A DNA stretch of 64,000 bases from Octopus sinensis (taxonomy: Eukaryota): contig NC_043002.1 of assembly GCF_006345805.1 (NCBI RefSeq), forward strand, positions 57,350,001 to 57,414,000. Direction: 5' to 3'. A model generated the notes under the pieces. The model was not told where the DNA came from. It did no database searches and was given only the letters and a program-made list of their open reading frames with translations. Shown piece after piece: positions 12,750 through 25,980 of this stretch; positions within the stretch are counted from its first letter, which is position 1, and every line of letters starts with the position of its first letter. The translations under genes and the position numbers were made by a program.

Positions 12750-12950
12750 TGTGTGTCTGTGTTTGTTCCCCTAGCATTGCTTGACAACCGATGCTGGTGT
12801 GTTTACGTCCTGTCGCTTAGCGGTTCGGCAAAAAGAGACCGATAGAATAAGTACTGGGCTTACAAAGAATAAGTCCCGGGGTCGAGTTGCTCGATTAAAG
12901 GCGGTGCTCCAGCATGGCCGCAGTCAAATGACTAAAACAAGTAAAAGAGT
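12505..12950 (+). mobile_element. SINE family A, full length, with internal (TA)n(TG)n
   Basis: tRNA-like head gtggctgtgtggtaag..gggttcagtccc, internal microsatellite, tail gcggtgctccagcatggccgcagtc..acaagtaaaaga. Confidence 0.92.
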
Positions 12951-13929
12951 AATACTAATGGATAGCTAAAAACTTTATAATTAATTTTCATTAATCCAAT
13001 TTTTGAGTATATTGGTCGAGTAAGGCATTGTGTAAGAAGTAGAATAAGACTGCTAGGAACGGGTGAGATAACAGTGGCGCAGTAAGTCAAATTGGTCGCC
13101 TCCATCTTTAAACATACCTTTAGCTCCAGCATAGGTGGTTTTATAGTGGACACCCAGTGTACTTTGAAAACTCTGCAAAGCTCCACGTCACTCCAGTGTG
13201 TGATAAGTAACTATGGTGAAATAAAACCAGTTCAGGTCGAAGGGGCCAAAGAAAAGGGGGGAAGAGCCATTGTTTGGTGATAAATGAGTGTAAAAAGTTT
13301 CAAGAGATGGGGTTAGTTGTAGAATGGAGCTCAGATCGAAATATTTATTTAATACAGAAAGAAGCACACTGTCATGGAAAAGACCGACAAATATCGCATC
13401 AGATCTTGAAACGCACGAAATAAATAAATAAATAAATAAATAAATAAATGAGTATATAAATAAATAAGAAAGAAATATTGGTTTTATGGGTCATCGTTAT
13501 ATTTCATTGAACAGTGAAATACAAATCAACAATCAGAACTTTTCTCTTCCGTTGGAGAAACTTGTGGTGAGATCAAAGAAAATGAAATGCACTCGGAACA
13601 AAAATGACTTAAAAACCATAATATTAACAGAAGCACAATGGGCAATAATTTTCACGTTACAAGCCAGAAGCGTGATGTTTTTTTAACGAGATTCGTTTTG
13701 TGTTCTACAATACTTATATAGACTTTTGGTATTGATGTTTCAAGACGCCATTCTACGGTTTGACATTGCGCCAAACATACGAAAAGCAACATCACTTCAA
13801 TGTACACATTGACAAACATTCAGCTCTGCCAATAAAAAGCACAAACAGAGATGTGTATGTGTTTGCATGCTTGCATAGAGTAAGCACAGGTGCGTGTTTT
13901 GGGGAAACTCTATGTACATAATAGTATAA

Positions 13930-13943
13930 TACTGTATACATAC

Positions 13944-14026
<83 letters not shown>

Positions 14027-14321
14027 TACATACATATATACATATACATTCGTATGCTTATGCATCAGTTTGTATATATATTTATATATCTATATATGCA
14101 TATATAGATGTATAGATGCATGCATCTATACATACATACATACACATATTACATATATATATACATATATATACATACATATACATACATATATATATAT
14201 ATATCTATCTATAATATATATATAATATATACATACATACATATATTATATATCATACATACATATATAGATATATATAATATATATATACACATATATA
14301 TACATAAAATATATATATATG

Positions 14322-14362
<41 letters not shown>

Positions 14363-14454
14363 CTATATGTATATATAACTGATAGACGTCCAAACATAAA
14401 AGCTTCAATAAAGAAAGTATGTTTCCTCATTTGGTCCATTGAACTAACTGCACA

Positions 14455-14512
<58 letters not shown>

Positions 14513-15083
14513 TAACACACACACACACACACACTCATACGCAAGCACACATACACACTGCTAATTGTTGTTGTGATTGTTGTTGCTGTTCAGAAAAATA
14601 ACTTAGAGTGTATTATCATTTTTGAAACCGCTTTGCTAGATGAGAACATGTACGCGTGTGTAAGAATGTATGTATGTATGTATGTATGTATGTATGTATG
14701 TATGTATGTATGTGTGTATGTATGTATATGTTTGCATGTATGTATGAATGTTTGTATATATGTATGTATATATGTTTGTATTTATGTGTATATATGTATG
14801 TTTGTATGTATGCATGTTTGTATGTTTGTATGTATGTCGATATGTTTGTAGGTATGTATGTTTGTATATATGTATGTATGTTTGTATATATATATATATA
14901 TGTATCTATGTAGATATGTATGTATATAGGTATGTCTGTCTGTCTGTATGTATACATGCATGTATGTATGTATATGTTCGTATGTATGTATATATGTATG
15001 TATGTGTATGCGTGTATGCGCGAGCATGTGTGTATGTATGCATGTATGTATTTGTATGAGTATATTTACCTATAGATATATAT

Positions 15084-15130
<47 letters not shown>
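13930..15130. repeat. (CATA)n/(TA)n/(CA)n/(TATG)n/(TG)n microsatellite complex
   Basis: Direct reading. Confidence 0.92.
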
Positions 15131-15132
<2 letters not shown>

Positions 15133-15323
15133 GTTTACTAATGATTGCTTTCACTTTGCTACGGCATTCTCAATGAATTGAGATATATAACCACGCATTA
15201 AAAGATGATGGCTTCGATCTAATCTTTAATACCAGATCTTAAAGAACAGCAACAAGGATTTTTTGGTTAGTTTTTTGTTTATCGCAATCGGCTCTATGGA
15301 AATTGCTTTTAAATGTCATTCCT

Positions 15324-15715
15324 TTTTACTCTTTATCGTTTGCTTGTTTCAGTCATTAGAATACGGCCATGCTAAGGTACCAACTTGAAAAATGTTTTGT
15401 CGAATGAATCAACATTAATACTTTTTTAAGCCTGGTTTGTATTCTATCGAGCTCTCATGCCGAACTGCTAAGTTACGGGGACATAAACATACCGACACCG
15501 GTTGTCAACTGGTGGTGGAGGACAAACGCAGACACAGACACAGGCACATGGGTTTATACAAATATCGGGCTTCCTTCAGTTCCCGTCTCCCTAATGCAAA
15601 GCTTTGGTTACCTCTGGACTATAGTAGAAGGAACTTGCCAAAGATGCCACACAGTGGGGCTGAACCCGGAACCATGTGGTTGCGAAGCAAGCTTCTTACC
15701 ACACAGCCACGCCTG
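15324..15715 (-). mobile_element. SINE family A
   Basis: Reverse-complement match to 12505-12950; internal microsatellite largely absent. Confidence 0.85.
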
Positions 15716-16266
15716 TGTCATATTGATAAAAACAAGAGGATTCAGCGAGCACAAACCTCCGCCAAGGCAACACCAACGTCCTCGTAACGATGAGCCAGAG
15801 ATGATTTTTTTAAATGAGAATATCTGAAATAAACTCAACTGCTCTCACAAAGGAGAGTACTAAAAATGAACCCGATCTCTCACAAAAATTAAGTAAAAAA
15901 AAACAGGAAAAAATAATCCAGAATCCTTGTCCGGTATCGAATCAATCCCCAAATCTAATCAGTTCGTGTCAGTCACGAGGCCAAACGTCTCTGAATGTTT
16001 CATCCGAATCCATCCAGTGGTCCTTGATCTTGTCTACAGACAAATAAACAAACAAACGCTACTGAAAACAATACCTCCGCCTTCTCCAAGGCGGAGGTAA
16101 TAATGTTAAAATGAAGCAAATAAGTAATTCCAGTTAAAGTATATGTGTACTGCTTTGTTTTTGTGACTATATATCTTTATTTTCATTTTACTTCTAAGAG
16201 CTTTCGATTGTACCACTTCCGGTTAGCTTTCAGTGAGTGGACAGCAACCTGTGGTCTCTTTCCCCG

Positions 16267-16430
16267 CTACTTAACACCCAGCACCAATTTCAAAATTTTC
16301 GCTATCCCCAATAGAGCCGTTTTTTGAGCATGTTCTGTTCTCGTGTCACTTCCAATTTCTCCGATGTATTCCTCCAACCTGGCTGTTAGTGCTCTCAGCG
16401 CCACTGAAACTACCGTAATGACCACTACTC
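16267..16430 (-). pseudogene. C-terminus of an RLE-type non-LTR retrotransposon ORF (copy 1)
   Basis: Minus translation VVITVVSVALRALTARLEEYIGEIGSDTRTEHAQKTALLGIAKILKLVLGVK* resembles the R4/Dong-like ending (P(I/V)VxGALG..IQKxALLGTAxILRxxL). Confidence 0.65.
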
Positions 16431-16504
16431 TCTTCATTACACACATTCGTGAAATTTCCTCTTTTAGTAGCGCATTATTTGGCTTTGCTTCAATTTAAAT
16501 GAGT

Positions 16505-16620
16505 CATACCCAGGCCTCGACGAGAGACGTCAAGGGACAAAGTTTTACGTGTATTGATACCATACCCAGGCCTCGACAAGAAATGTCAAGGGACAACAAG
16601 CTATTGCGTCTATAGATACC
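16505..16620. repeat. Two tandem ~56-bp units
   Basis: catacccaggcctcgacgagagacgtcaagggacaa (16505) and catacccaggcctcgacaagaaatgtcaagggacaa (16561). Confidence 0.85.
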
Positions 16621-16639
16621 ATGCAATTGAAAACATAAA

Positions 16640-17716
16640 ACTGATGTCTGTGGGAAGAAAAAGGCATTAAACGGGTTGCATTTGCTTTGAGACGAATTTA
16701 CTTAGAATACATGAAGTTCTCACTTATTTGTTTACCCCTCTTGATATCATTCCAACTGTCCTAGAAACGATGGGTAATGTTGTTGCTTTGAGAGGCCACA
16801 TTCTTATTTCTGTTGTCCTGTCCTTTGCTCAATTCGTCAAACATTTTCAGAGATGTATTTTTGTCAGCTGGGGTTGCGGCACAAATCAAAAGAGAAAGAT
16901 TTTCAACATCACTTTTCACAATGATTTCTGGTCGGTTAGCTTCTAGTTCCCGATCAGTCTGAACACCGAAATTCCAAAGGAAGGAACGTCTGTATCCTGG
17001 ACAACTCGTGTTGGTTTGTGTTCTTTGAAATTCTGTTTGTGCGGCATTTTGACCAGTGTATAATCCTAGCTGCCCTGTCATGTCTTTGCGTCAACTCTGT
17101 TGGTGCCAGTCGGTTGCATCCGGAAATGATGTGGTCGATTGCCTCTGTCTGTTTCAAAACGTTACTCTGGTAATTCCAATTTGCAAGGGACGGATGGTTT
17201 GAGACTAGAGCATGTCAACCAAAGTTGAGTAAGAGTTTGATCTACACAAGGGTTCCTGGTTCTATTCACGTATTTGTCATCTAGTGGTTTTTACTTCTGT
17301 CTTAGTATACAGACAGAATGTTTGTTTATATATATATATATATTGGCCTTGTCAACCGGGGATAAATCTTCTTCAAGTACTGGTTCTTTTAGCTGCATTT
17401 CTTGCATTTCTTGTCGGTAGATATTCTTTTCGTCACTGAGTGCAACTCTTTGGTATATTCATATTTCAGAACCAACTTTAATATCCAGTCGTTTGCGAGC
17501 TGCAAATAAGCAGAAAACTCCAAATCTCAATGAGATTTGACATTGCACTAATTCCCGATCTCCTTCTTTTCTCGGACTTATATATTCGACCTATGCACTG
17601 TCATCAGGTTTCAGCTTTTCACATCAACTTTGCTGAGATGGACCAGTTCATAACATTGAAGTTGTAAGTGAGCGTAGGCATAGCCAGCGTAGGCATAGCC
17701 TCTGTTTTGTTTCTGT

Positions 17717-17780
<64 letters not shown>

Positions 17781-17870
17781 ACACACATATATATATATAT
17801 ACGTTTATATATTTGTTTTGCAAGATTTTTGATGTGAAATCCTGTGTTGAAACAGATATTGTTGTATTTA
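16640..17870 (-). pseudogene. Degenerate RLE-type (R4/Dong-like) non-LTR retrotransposon: RT end, CCHC region and restriction-like endonuclease (copy 2)
   Basis: Fragments LAMPTLTYNFN, PRKEGDRELVQ, EAIDHIISGCNRLAPTE..RHDRAARIIHW and FLWNFGVQTDRELEANRPEIIVK..ICAATPADKN. Many stops and frameshifts. Confidence 0.8.
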
Positions 17871-17879
17871 GGAATGTAT

Positions 17880-18169
17880 TTATACGCTGCATGCCTTACA
17901 AGACACTCAGGCACTCCCATATCCCTGGCGATGGACATAATTGACTTGGAGGAATCGTTGGCAATCTTACCAACAAACCCAGGAGTTCATTTCTTATGAA
18001 GACGAACCAAGCATTACAGCATATCGTTTCCAAATTTCTGGCAGAGTGAATTGCGTCATGGTGCTGTTTTTACACAGACGGTGCCCAACTGTCGACAAAA
18101 TTATAAACAAACAATGCACATGCACGAAATAAAAATATAAAATGGCGACATTTTACCCATCGCACCCTA
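17880..18169 (-). mobile_element. 5' remnant of a Tc1/mariner-superfamily transposon
   Basis: Terminal-like agggtgcgatgggtaaaatgtcgccatt. ATG at 18059 gives MTQFTLPEIWKRYAVMLG. Downstream NDSSKSIMSIARDMGVPECLVRH is HTH-like. Confidence 0.6.
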
Positions 18170-18530
18170 TATATGGGTATAAAACAGTGGGAAACTATAG
18201 GTGATCCAGCAGGGCTCTCAAACCCACTCATCTGAAGATATGCATATTCAAAAGTATTGTCGGATCATTAAATGCAATAATGTACATAATATGTGAAACT
18301 CTCAACAAATATCAACTGATATTAATGTACAGAAACAATTGTAGTGATTTAGATTAAAGCCCGTTCATTCCGTCTCCTTTCAAAATTCTTTTGTATGAAT
18401 TCTATGGATATCAACGAATTTCCATGTGTATATCCAGTAAAAGGAGAATTCCTGCTTATCATAGCATATGGTAGAAGACCTTTGGAAAGCACGATATAAA
18501 CTTATTACCCATATTATATTAAATAATACA

Positions 18531-18615
<85 letters not shown>

Positions 18616-18700
18616 GTCGGTTTGTCTCTCTCTCTCTTAATCTATCTATCTCCCTACCTACGTTACTACCTACCTACCTACTTACCTATCTACCAATCTA
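18531..18700. repeat. (TATC)n grading into (TC)n and (TACC)n
   Basis: Direct reading. Confidence 0.92.
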
Positions 18701-19263
18701 TTTATCCACAAACACACATAAAGATTGAAAGAGGGGAGGGAGAGAGAGTGCGAGAGAGCGAGAGAGAATCATCACATTCATATATATGCAAGTTATGTCA
18801 TGTGACATATGTGGCGTCGTATCTTTACGCTATATGAAATTTACTCGTCACAAATCTGTTCGTTATGTTATAACACTGTGGCTACAGTAATTATTTGTAA
18901 CTGTGCGTGTGATGTCTGAGCGACAACACTTAACCACTAACATTAAATTTAATACTAAAGATTACTAAGGGGGTAATTTATTAAATTAAATCTCCAATTA
19001 ATATTGCTTCAGACATATTAACCTAAATTTTTGTACGCTTGCTTTACTCATCGACATTCACTTCCGACAGTGTAGAAAGTCATAGTAAAATTTGAAGAAA
19101 GCAGACGATACTTTCGTCACAATTTGACTGCTTATTAACAAATAAGCTTTTCTTTCTTCTGCAGCGATATTCACAACAGAGTTTATAGAAATAGAATATT
19201 TAGTTTGAGATCTTTCAAACCAGCACAATTACACTAAATGTTTTCTCATGAAAAGAAAAAAAA

Positions 19264-19416
19264 ATGGTTGTGTGGTGGTAAGAAGCTTGCTTTCCAACCG
19301 CATGGTTCCGGGTTCAGTCCCACTGTGTAACACCTTGGACAAGTGCCATCTACTACAGCCTCGGGCCAAAACATTGTAAGTGGATTTGGTTGACGGAAAG
19401 TGAAAGAAGCCCGTCG
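19264..19416 (+). mobile_element. SINE family A, head
   Basis: ggtaagaagcttgct..gggttcagtcccactg..gacggaaa..aagcccgtcgta followed by (TA)n. Confidence 0.85.
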
Positions 19417-19475
19417 TATATATATATATATATTATATAATATATATATATATATATATATACATATATATATAA

Positions 19476-20448
19476 TCAACAACATCCATATCCAATTTAC
19501 AATGGAATATAGTGAAGATCAACTTATTTTTCTTGACATTCTTATTATAAAAAAGGCACCAACATTGAAACTGACATCCACTATAAACCAACTGATTCCA
19601 AACAATACCTTCTGTTCACCTTCAATCACCCAAAGCACACGAAGATAAACATCCCCTTCAACCTAGCGAGAAGAATCCGTAGAATTGTCTCAAATTATAG
19701 AACACGAAATAAAACCTCCAAGAACTATTCTTCTGGAAAGACATTACCCAACATCATTAGTTGACAATGGAATAGAACGGGCCAAGACAATCGCTACCCA
19801 AGACTTATGAAAACCGAAATACACACACTGTACATTAAATAGTCTCCCATATCCCTCAACACACAATCCAAGAAATGCAGAAGCTTACACAATTATATAC
19901 AAGAGCATCCTAGTACTGAGTCAAGACCCACGTCTAAAAAAAAGCACTCGAAATCCATAAAATAATAAAAAGCAAAAGACAACCCAAATCCCTAAAAACC
20001 TACTCACCAATGCAAAATTACCAAACACAAGCCAACGCCCACCGTCAAAAAATGTGGTCGTTCAAACTGCAGGACTTGCATCCATCTCATTGAAGGAAAA
20101 ATATACAAATTCTAGTCGGGACACACTTTTGTTATAAAAAATAACTTCACCTGCGCATCAAAGAATTTGCTTTATGCCATAAGGTGTGAAGGGTGACACA
20201 AATATTTCATAGGGCAAACGAACCTTACCCTCAGAGAAAGGATGACAGTCCACCGCCAACAATTGCGGGATCCCACCACAAGACAGATACCACTTAGTGG
20301 TCACTTAGATCTCTATGCGCAAAACAAGTCTCCCAAATTCCTAGTTTTCCCACTATACCAATGCTCAGACAGCACCACTGACCAAACACGAATAAATAGG
20401 GAAAATAATCTTATTCAAAAATACAGACCACAACTCAACATACTCTAA
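19476..20448 (+). pseudogene. Penelope-like element: RT C-terminal region plus GIY-YIG endonuclease, 5'-truncated and disrupted
   Basis: IQFTMEYSEDQLIFLDILI, DIHYKPTDSKQYL..HPKHTKINIPFNLARRI, CGRSNCRTC, FTCASKNLLYAIRC..YFIGQT..LRERMTVHRQQ and ENNLIQKYRPQLN, read across frameshifts and stops. Confidence 0.9.
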
Positions 20449-20449
20449 C

Positions 20450-21125
20450 ATCCCCCCAGGTACACGACCACAACCGACACACACAGAAACGCATACAATG
20501 TACTAAATCACACACACACACACACAAATACAATGTAAACCTCCCACGCAAACACACACACATACAAATATACACACGCACAACGACAATATCCCCACAC
20601 TAGAGCACAAACCCACACGCATTCCAAGAAAAAAACACACATATATATACACTTGCAATACGATTCTAGCAACCATAACCAACACTCACGCACACACACA
20701 TACGTAAACACCTGCATGCACACACCTACACACATCACCTGACATCACAAATCACATTCACACAAACACAACCACATATACACAGATACACAAACAAACA
20801 CGCAAATACAACACAACCCCCCACACGTATATATATGCACACATACACACACCCAAACACATTACGCCCGTTCTCCAGTAAAAAAATCACACACACTCAA
20901 AAGGAAAAACACACACATATACACACAATGCAATCCCAACAAACACAACAAACATTCACAAACACACAGACATACACACATACACACAAGCATACACACA
21001 TACACAACAAACATTCACAAACACACAGACATACACACATACACACAAGCATGCACGCACACAATGACACACACCTCCCCGACAAATACAAGACATATAC
21101 ACACTCACACAAACACACTTTTTAA
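20450..21125. repeat. CA-rich low-complexity tract directly after the Penelope-like ORF
   Basis: Direct reading. Confidence 0.85.
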
Positions 21126-21454
21126 CAAATTTAATTCGTATAGTATCTATCTATCTTTCTATCTACATGTATGTACATGTACAATATGTATATGTATATT
21201 AAATCTAATTCAACGTTATATATGTGTGTGTGTATGTGTGTGTTTGTGTGTGTGTGTATATAAATGACAAGGAAACAGGGCATATAATGAACCTCATTAG
21301 CTTACACCTGTTTCTACTATAACATGCAAAGGGCTCATAGTTGAGGGCTTGTGCATTACCTTATAGATTTGTCGCTAAACATTTTATCCGGCGTCCTTAC
21401 AGTTCTGCCAGCTCGCGGCCCTCTATATGTTTTAATATTAATATTTGTACTAGG

Positions 21455-21630
21455 ACGGTGAGCTGACAAAATCGTCACCACGCCGGTAATTCATCCGTCT
21501 TTACGTTCACGGGCGATTTTATCTTTCATCCTTTCACATTCGATAAGAGAAATACCAGTTCAACACTGGGGTTGATGTAATTGATTATCCTCCATCCCCG
21601 AAATTGCTGGCATTGTCCCATAGTTTGAAA
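21455..21630 (+). mobile_element. SINE family B, degenerate
   Basis: ggtgagctgacaaaatcgt..tttcatcctttc..gataag..accag..ctggggttgatgtaat. Confidence 0.65.
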
Positions 21631-22139
21631 TCAGCGTTTGTACATCCGAATATAATATATTTTTATATACTTGCATATGTATTAGCTTACATTATTTTAC
21701 CTCTACCCTATCTATTATATAAATATATATTTTATGCAAATATATACAATTATGTATATATATATATATATATATAATGTATAATACATATAGCATGATA
21801 TTATTATATGTACATTATATACACACATATTATACGCACACACAAATATATATACAGACATATTTATACATATATATATATGTATATATACATACATACA
21901 TGCATACATACATACATACACATATATATATATATAGACATATTTATATATATATATGTATATATACATACATTCATACATACACACACACAAATATATA
22001 TATATATATAGTTAAACAATTAAGGATAATCTCTTAATAAGGGATCTTAACAAGAAATTATCGGGTAGCTAGCGTGAAAACCTCATAAAAGAAAAGAATT
22101 CGAAAATAATTTTTTTCTTTTGAACAAATTAATTATATC

Positions 22140-22292
22140 TATATTGTATAGAGGGCATTATTACACATAAATGCCTCACACTAGGAGGGACAAAGTCATT
22201 ACTACCAAAATTATAAGTATAATTTTGGTAGTAATGACTTTGTCCTCCTAGTGTGAGGCATTTATGTGTAATAATGCCCTCTATACAATATA
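22140..22292. repeat. Near-perfect 153-bp palindrome (~75-bp arms, 2-nt loop)
   Basis: 22140-22215 is the reverse complement of 22218-22292 except for one extra G (ggagggac versus ggaggac). Confidence 0.95.
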
Positions 22293-23609
22293 TATATTAT
22301 ATAAATATATCTCAATGTAGCATCGTCCATAAGAAAAAAAAGGTGGGAAATGTAGATGTAATATTCTCCTAGAGCATATTATGTTGATGTACGTCTGCGT
22401 AAAGATGTTTTTACATTTAGTACATGTGCATATAACAAATTGCATACTTTATACCTAAATACAAGTAAACAACTTTGTTATAGCCATCTAACGAAGAAGC
22501 ACTCTGCATCAGAGGAAGTTATATCATGTATAATAATCATAAAAAATTGCATAATTGGTGGAGAATCTTTTAATCTTGCTGCGCCTTATATTAATGACGC
22601 AGTCAACGAAAACATGAAAAGAAAAACAATATATACAAGATTACAGCAAAAAGATATGCAAACATTAGAAAAGGAAAAATATAATTGGATGTTTGTATGT
22701 TAATAGGAATGTAACAGCTAACTTGTCCTTGGTATAATTTTAAACTGCATCCTGTTGTAGGCCCTTAGTTCGAAAGTTCCATGGTTTTGAGGAGCGTGGA
22801 ACCTCTTCTTAGCCCCTATTATTCTCAGGTCTACATTGACCCAGAGTGGTGGAAATTGTTAGTGTTCCGGCGATGGGTTAATAAGCATGCTTCGGAAATT
22901 ACCTCTGAAAATTAGGGTCCCTTACAGATACCCCAACGGACCAGGGGCTGATGAGACCCTTGGGTACTTTTGTAGGGCATCTAAGGGAAGATAACCTCAT
23001 ATAAATACTACATTCTCATAACTATGGGCGCTTGTTACACCAGACCAATACATATTTGAAGGACGAGAGAATGGGACTGGCTCTGTGCTAACCTATGCAC
23101 CCCCACTAGAATAATACTCATTGTAAAGTTAGGACAGCAAACCAAGACAGTAGCACCATCACCATCACACTTTCTTCATAAGTTCAGCGGTGAAAGAGAA
23201 AGAGGGCTTGGAAATAGGTGGAAGATGCTGCTGGAAGTCTTCAGTTTTGACTCTGATCGGACAAAGTGGCTATAAGGAGAATGGTCAATATTTTAGCTGT
23301 GCTCTGCTGAACCTTCACTCGAGGAAGCAACAAAAGAGTCCACAACACTTGACATAAATAAATACAAATACCTCCTAAACAACTCGAATACTTCGGGCTG
23401 TTGAACGTAAAACTTAGCTACAATACTCTGAAAGCAACATCTCTATATCTGGAAGTACTGAAAACAAGCGAAGGTCAAACTCCTCGCTGCATCATCGCTA
23501 CTCCATGGTGGGTATCCAAACAAAGCTACTTGTGTGTTGAGACGAATATCTTTGACAGACGACAATGAGGAGAAAAGCTTTACATTGATGCAGTTTTGAG
23601 TTCAGTTTC

Positions 23610-24015
23610 TTCAACTATCGACCCATGCCTTGTGAGTGGATTTGGTAGACGGAAACTGAATAGAAGCCCGTCGTGTATACACACACACAAACACACACAT
23701 ATACACACACACATATATGCATACGGGGGTGAAAAACTTAACACACATGCATAGACACGTGCACACACGCACACACACGCGCACACAGATATTGCGTGGC
23801 GCAATGTGTGTATCTGTTTCTCACCCCCACCGCTTGACTATAGTGTTGGTTTGCTTACGTCACCTAACTCAGCAGTTCAACAAAAGAGGTCCGACAGAAT
23901 GAATACCGGGCTCAAAGACTAAACTTAAGTGCTGGGTTTGAACTTTTCGACTAAACCACATCCATGTGGCGCCCTGGCATGTCTTTAGTACAAAGAGGGA
24001 AAAGACTAAAAGATA
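23610..24015 (+). mobile_element. SINE family A lacking its 5' head
   Basis: ccttgtgagtggatttggtagacggaaactg..cccgtcg, (CA)n, then a degenerate tail. Confidence 0.7.
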
Positions 24016-24754
24016 CAACAAAAAAGAAAGAAAGAAAGAATTCACTAAAACATCTACAGTGAAATCTTAATAAAAGGTAAGCATTTGTGTCGAAGTGTAG
24101 CCATGAAAATAAATATCTTTAAAACAACTTTCGATACCAAGGGGTAGTGAAATCCGGATGTGTCAAGCAACATGGCAACATCTATAGCAGTAATCTTTAC
24201 TCCACTGTAGTTATTTTTTAAACACAATCTTTACAGTTTATACGTTTACGGATGAATAATCACAAGGCATACAGTTTCGTTAGCGCTCCGTTGCCTTGCA
24301 TCGGTTTATATTTTGATGTACACCTGAAGGTAACCAAGCGTAAAAACAAAAAAGCAAAAAAAAAAAAAAAACAACAGTAGAAAGGAAATTTGAAGTGTTT
24401 AATCTCACTATTATCCGTTTTAGTTTTGTTTCGTTTTATATTCTCCCAGTATCATAAATTTCAACATTCTCTTGGTTGGATTACCCGTGAAGAAATATCT
24501 CCCTCCCTCCCTCATTCACTCTTTCACTCACTCACTCGTTCACTCCCTTACCTTCAATGTATGCCGTTGACAAGTGAAGGCCGATGACCTGTATGTTTTT
24601 TAAAGATTCAAGTATACACTTAGTGCAACTTTTACGAACATCGTGGATGTCACTGCACACTCACCTCTTTCCAGGAACGACGATGGTATTATTTCCATTC
24701 TTTATATTACGTGGCAATAAATAGCTAAACATGAGCATATACGCGTGCGAGTGT

Positions 24755-24766
24755 GAAATATATATA

Positions 24767-24818
<52 letters not shown>

Positions 24819-24900
24819 ATATATATATATATATATGTATATACAAAATATAGTCTAGGTATACATATGAATGATACAATTCTATCTATCTATCTATCTA

Positions 24901-24953
<53 letters not shown>

Positions 24954-24961
24954 ATCTATCT
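24755..24961. repeat. (TA)n and (TATC)n microsatellites
   Basis: Direct reading. Confidence 0.92.
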
Positions 24962-25251
24962 ATGGGGTGGGTTACTTTTAATCAAATCAGTGTTAATTAA
25001 TATAAAATATTTATCATTAATTCATAAGTTATGCATTACTGATTTAGTTAAGCACACACACATACACACACACACACACACACACAAACACACGCACACA
25101 TACATAGACAAATACACCCACTCACATATATATAGCTGAATTAAACTCAATATATGTTCATACTCACAGGGGCGCACGTACACGTACATACGCACATACA
25201 GAAGCACAGCTTTACATACACACATGCACACATAAACATGCATATATATAT

Positions 25252-25310
<59 letters not shown>

Positions 25311-25858
25311 TATATAATATATATATATTTCTGTGAGCTGGCATATACATTGCATTTATCGGTTAGCTGCCAAAATGCCAAATGTGCAACCAAGCACATG
25401 TGTTGAAGGTACAAAATGCAGTGTAATCTAATTATAGATGGCTTCCCATTGAAAGTTATTAGTCAATGAAAGTTTATTTTTGTTCCTGCACTCTAGGTCT
25501 GTACATGTAAGCACGGTATTGTTATTTATGCATGCATGCATGACGTTACGTGGGTATGTGTGTGTGTGTGCGTGTGAGTGTGTGTGTGAGTGTGTGTGTG
25601 TGTGTGAATGTGTGTGTGTGTGTGTGTGTGATAGAAAAAGAAAACGAAATTTAGAACGCAGGATAGCTGTGAAAACAGCTTAGAAAATTTGCGAAAATAC
25701 CCTAACAACAGAAAAGGCAGTAGCAAGCCGCCACAGGGAATCGAAAATTGTACCTCTCAAATTCCGGCTGAGCTCGGTGGACCATTAAGCTAAGCGACCC
25801 GTGACAATAAGTGCTAATTTTATAACGCTATAGAATAACCTTTGGAATATGAGACTAT

Positions 25859-25912
<54 letters not shown>

Positions 25913-25980
25913 ATAAACAATAGTCTCATATTGTCTCAATAGTCTCATATATATATATATATTATATATATATATATATA

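Noticed and set aside
880-15181. Many YIYI/MYVC/HTHT/poly-I/poly-N ORFs here and throughout the window
   Set aside because: They are translated microsatellites.
16505-16620. CRISPR-like repeat-spacer appearance
   Set aside because: Only two units, in a eukaryotic retrotransposon context, with no cas genes.
21295-21350. Hammerhead-like GAAACAGGUGUA (minus) here and GAAACAGUUGUA at ~60485-60510
   Set aside because: The CUGAUGA core and stems I/II are missing or not complementary; too degenerate to call.
22945-22970. CTGATGA followed by a small hairpin (another CTGATGA at ~42812)
   Set aside because: No GAAA or stem III follows.
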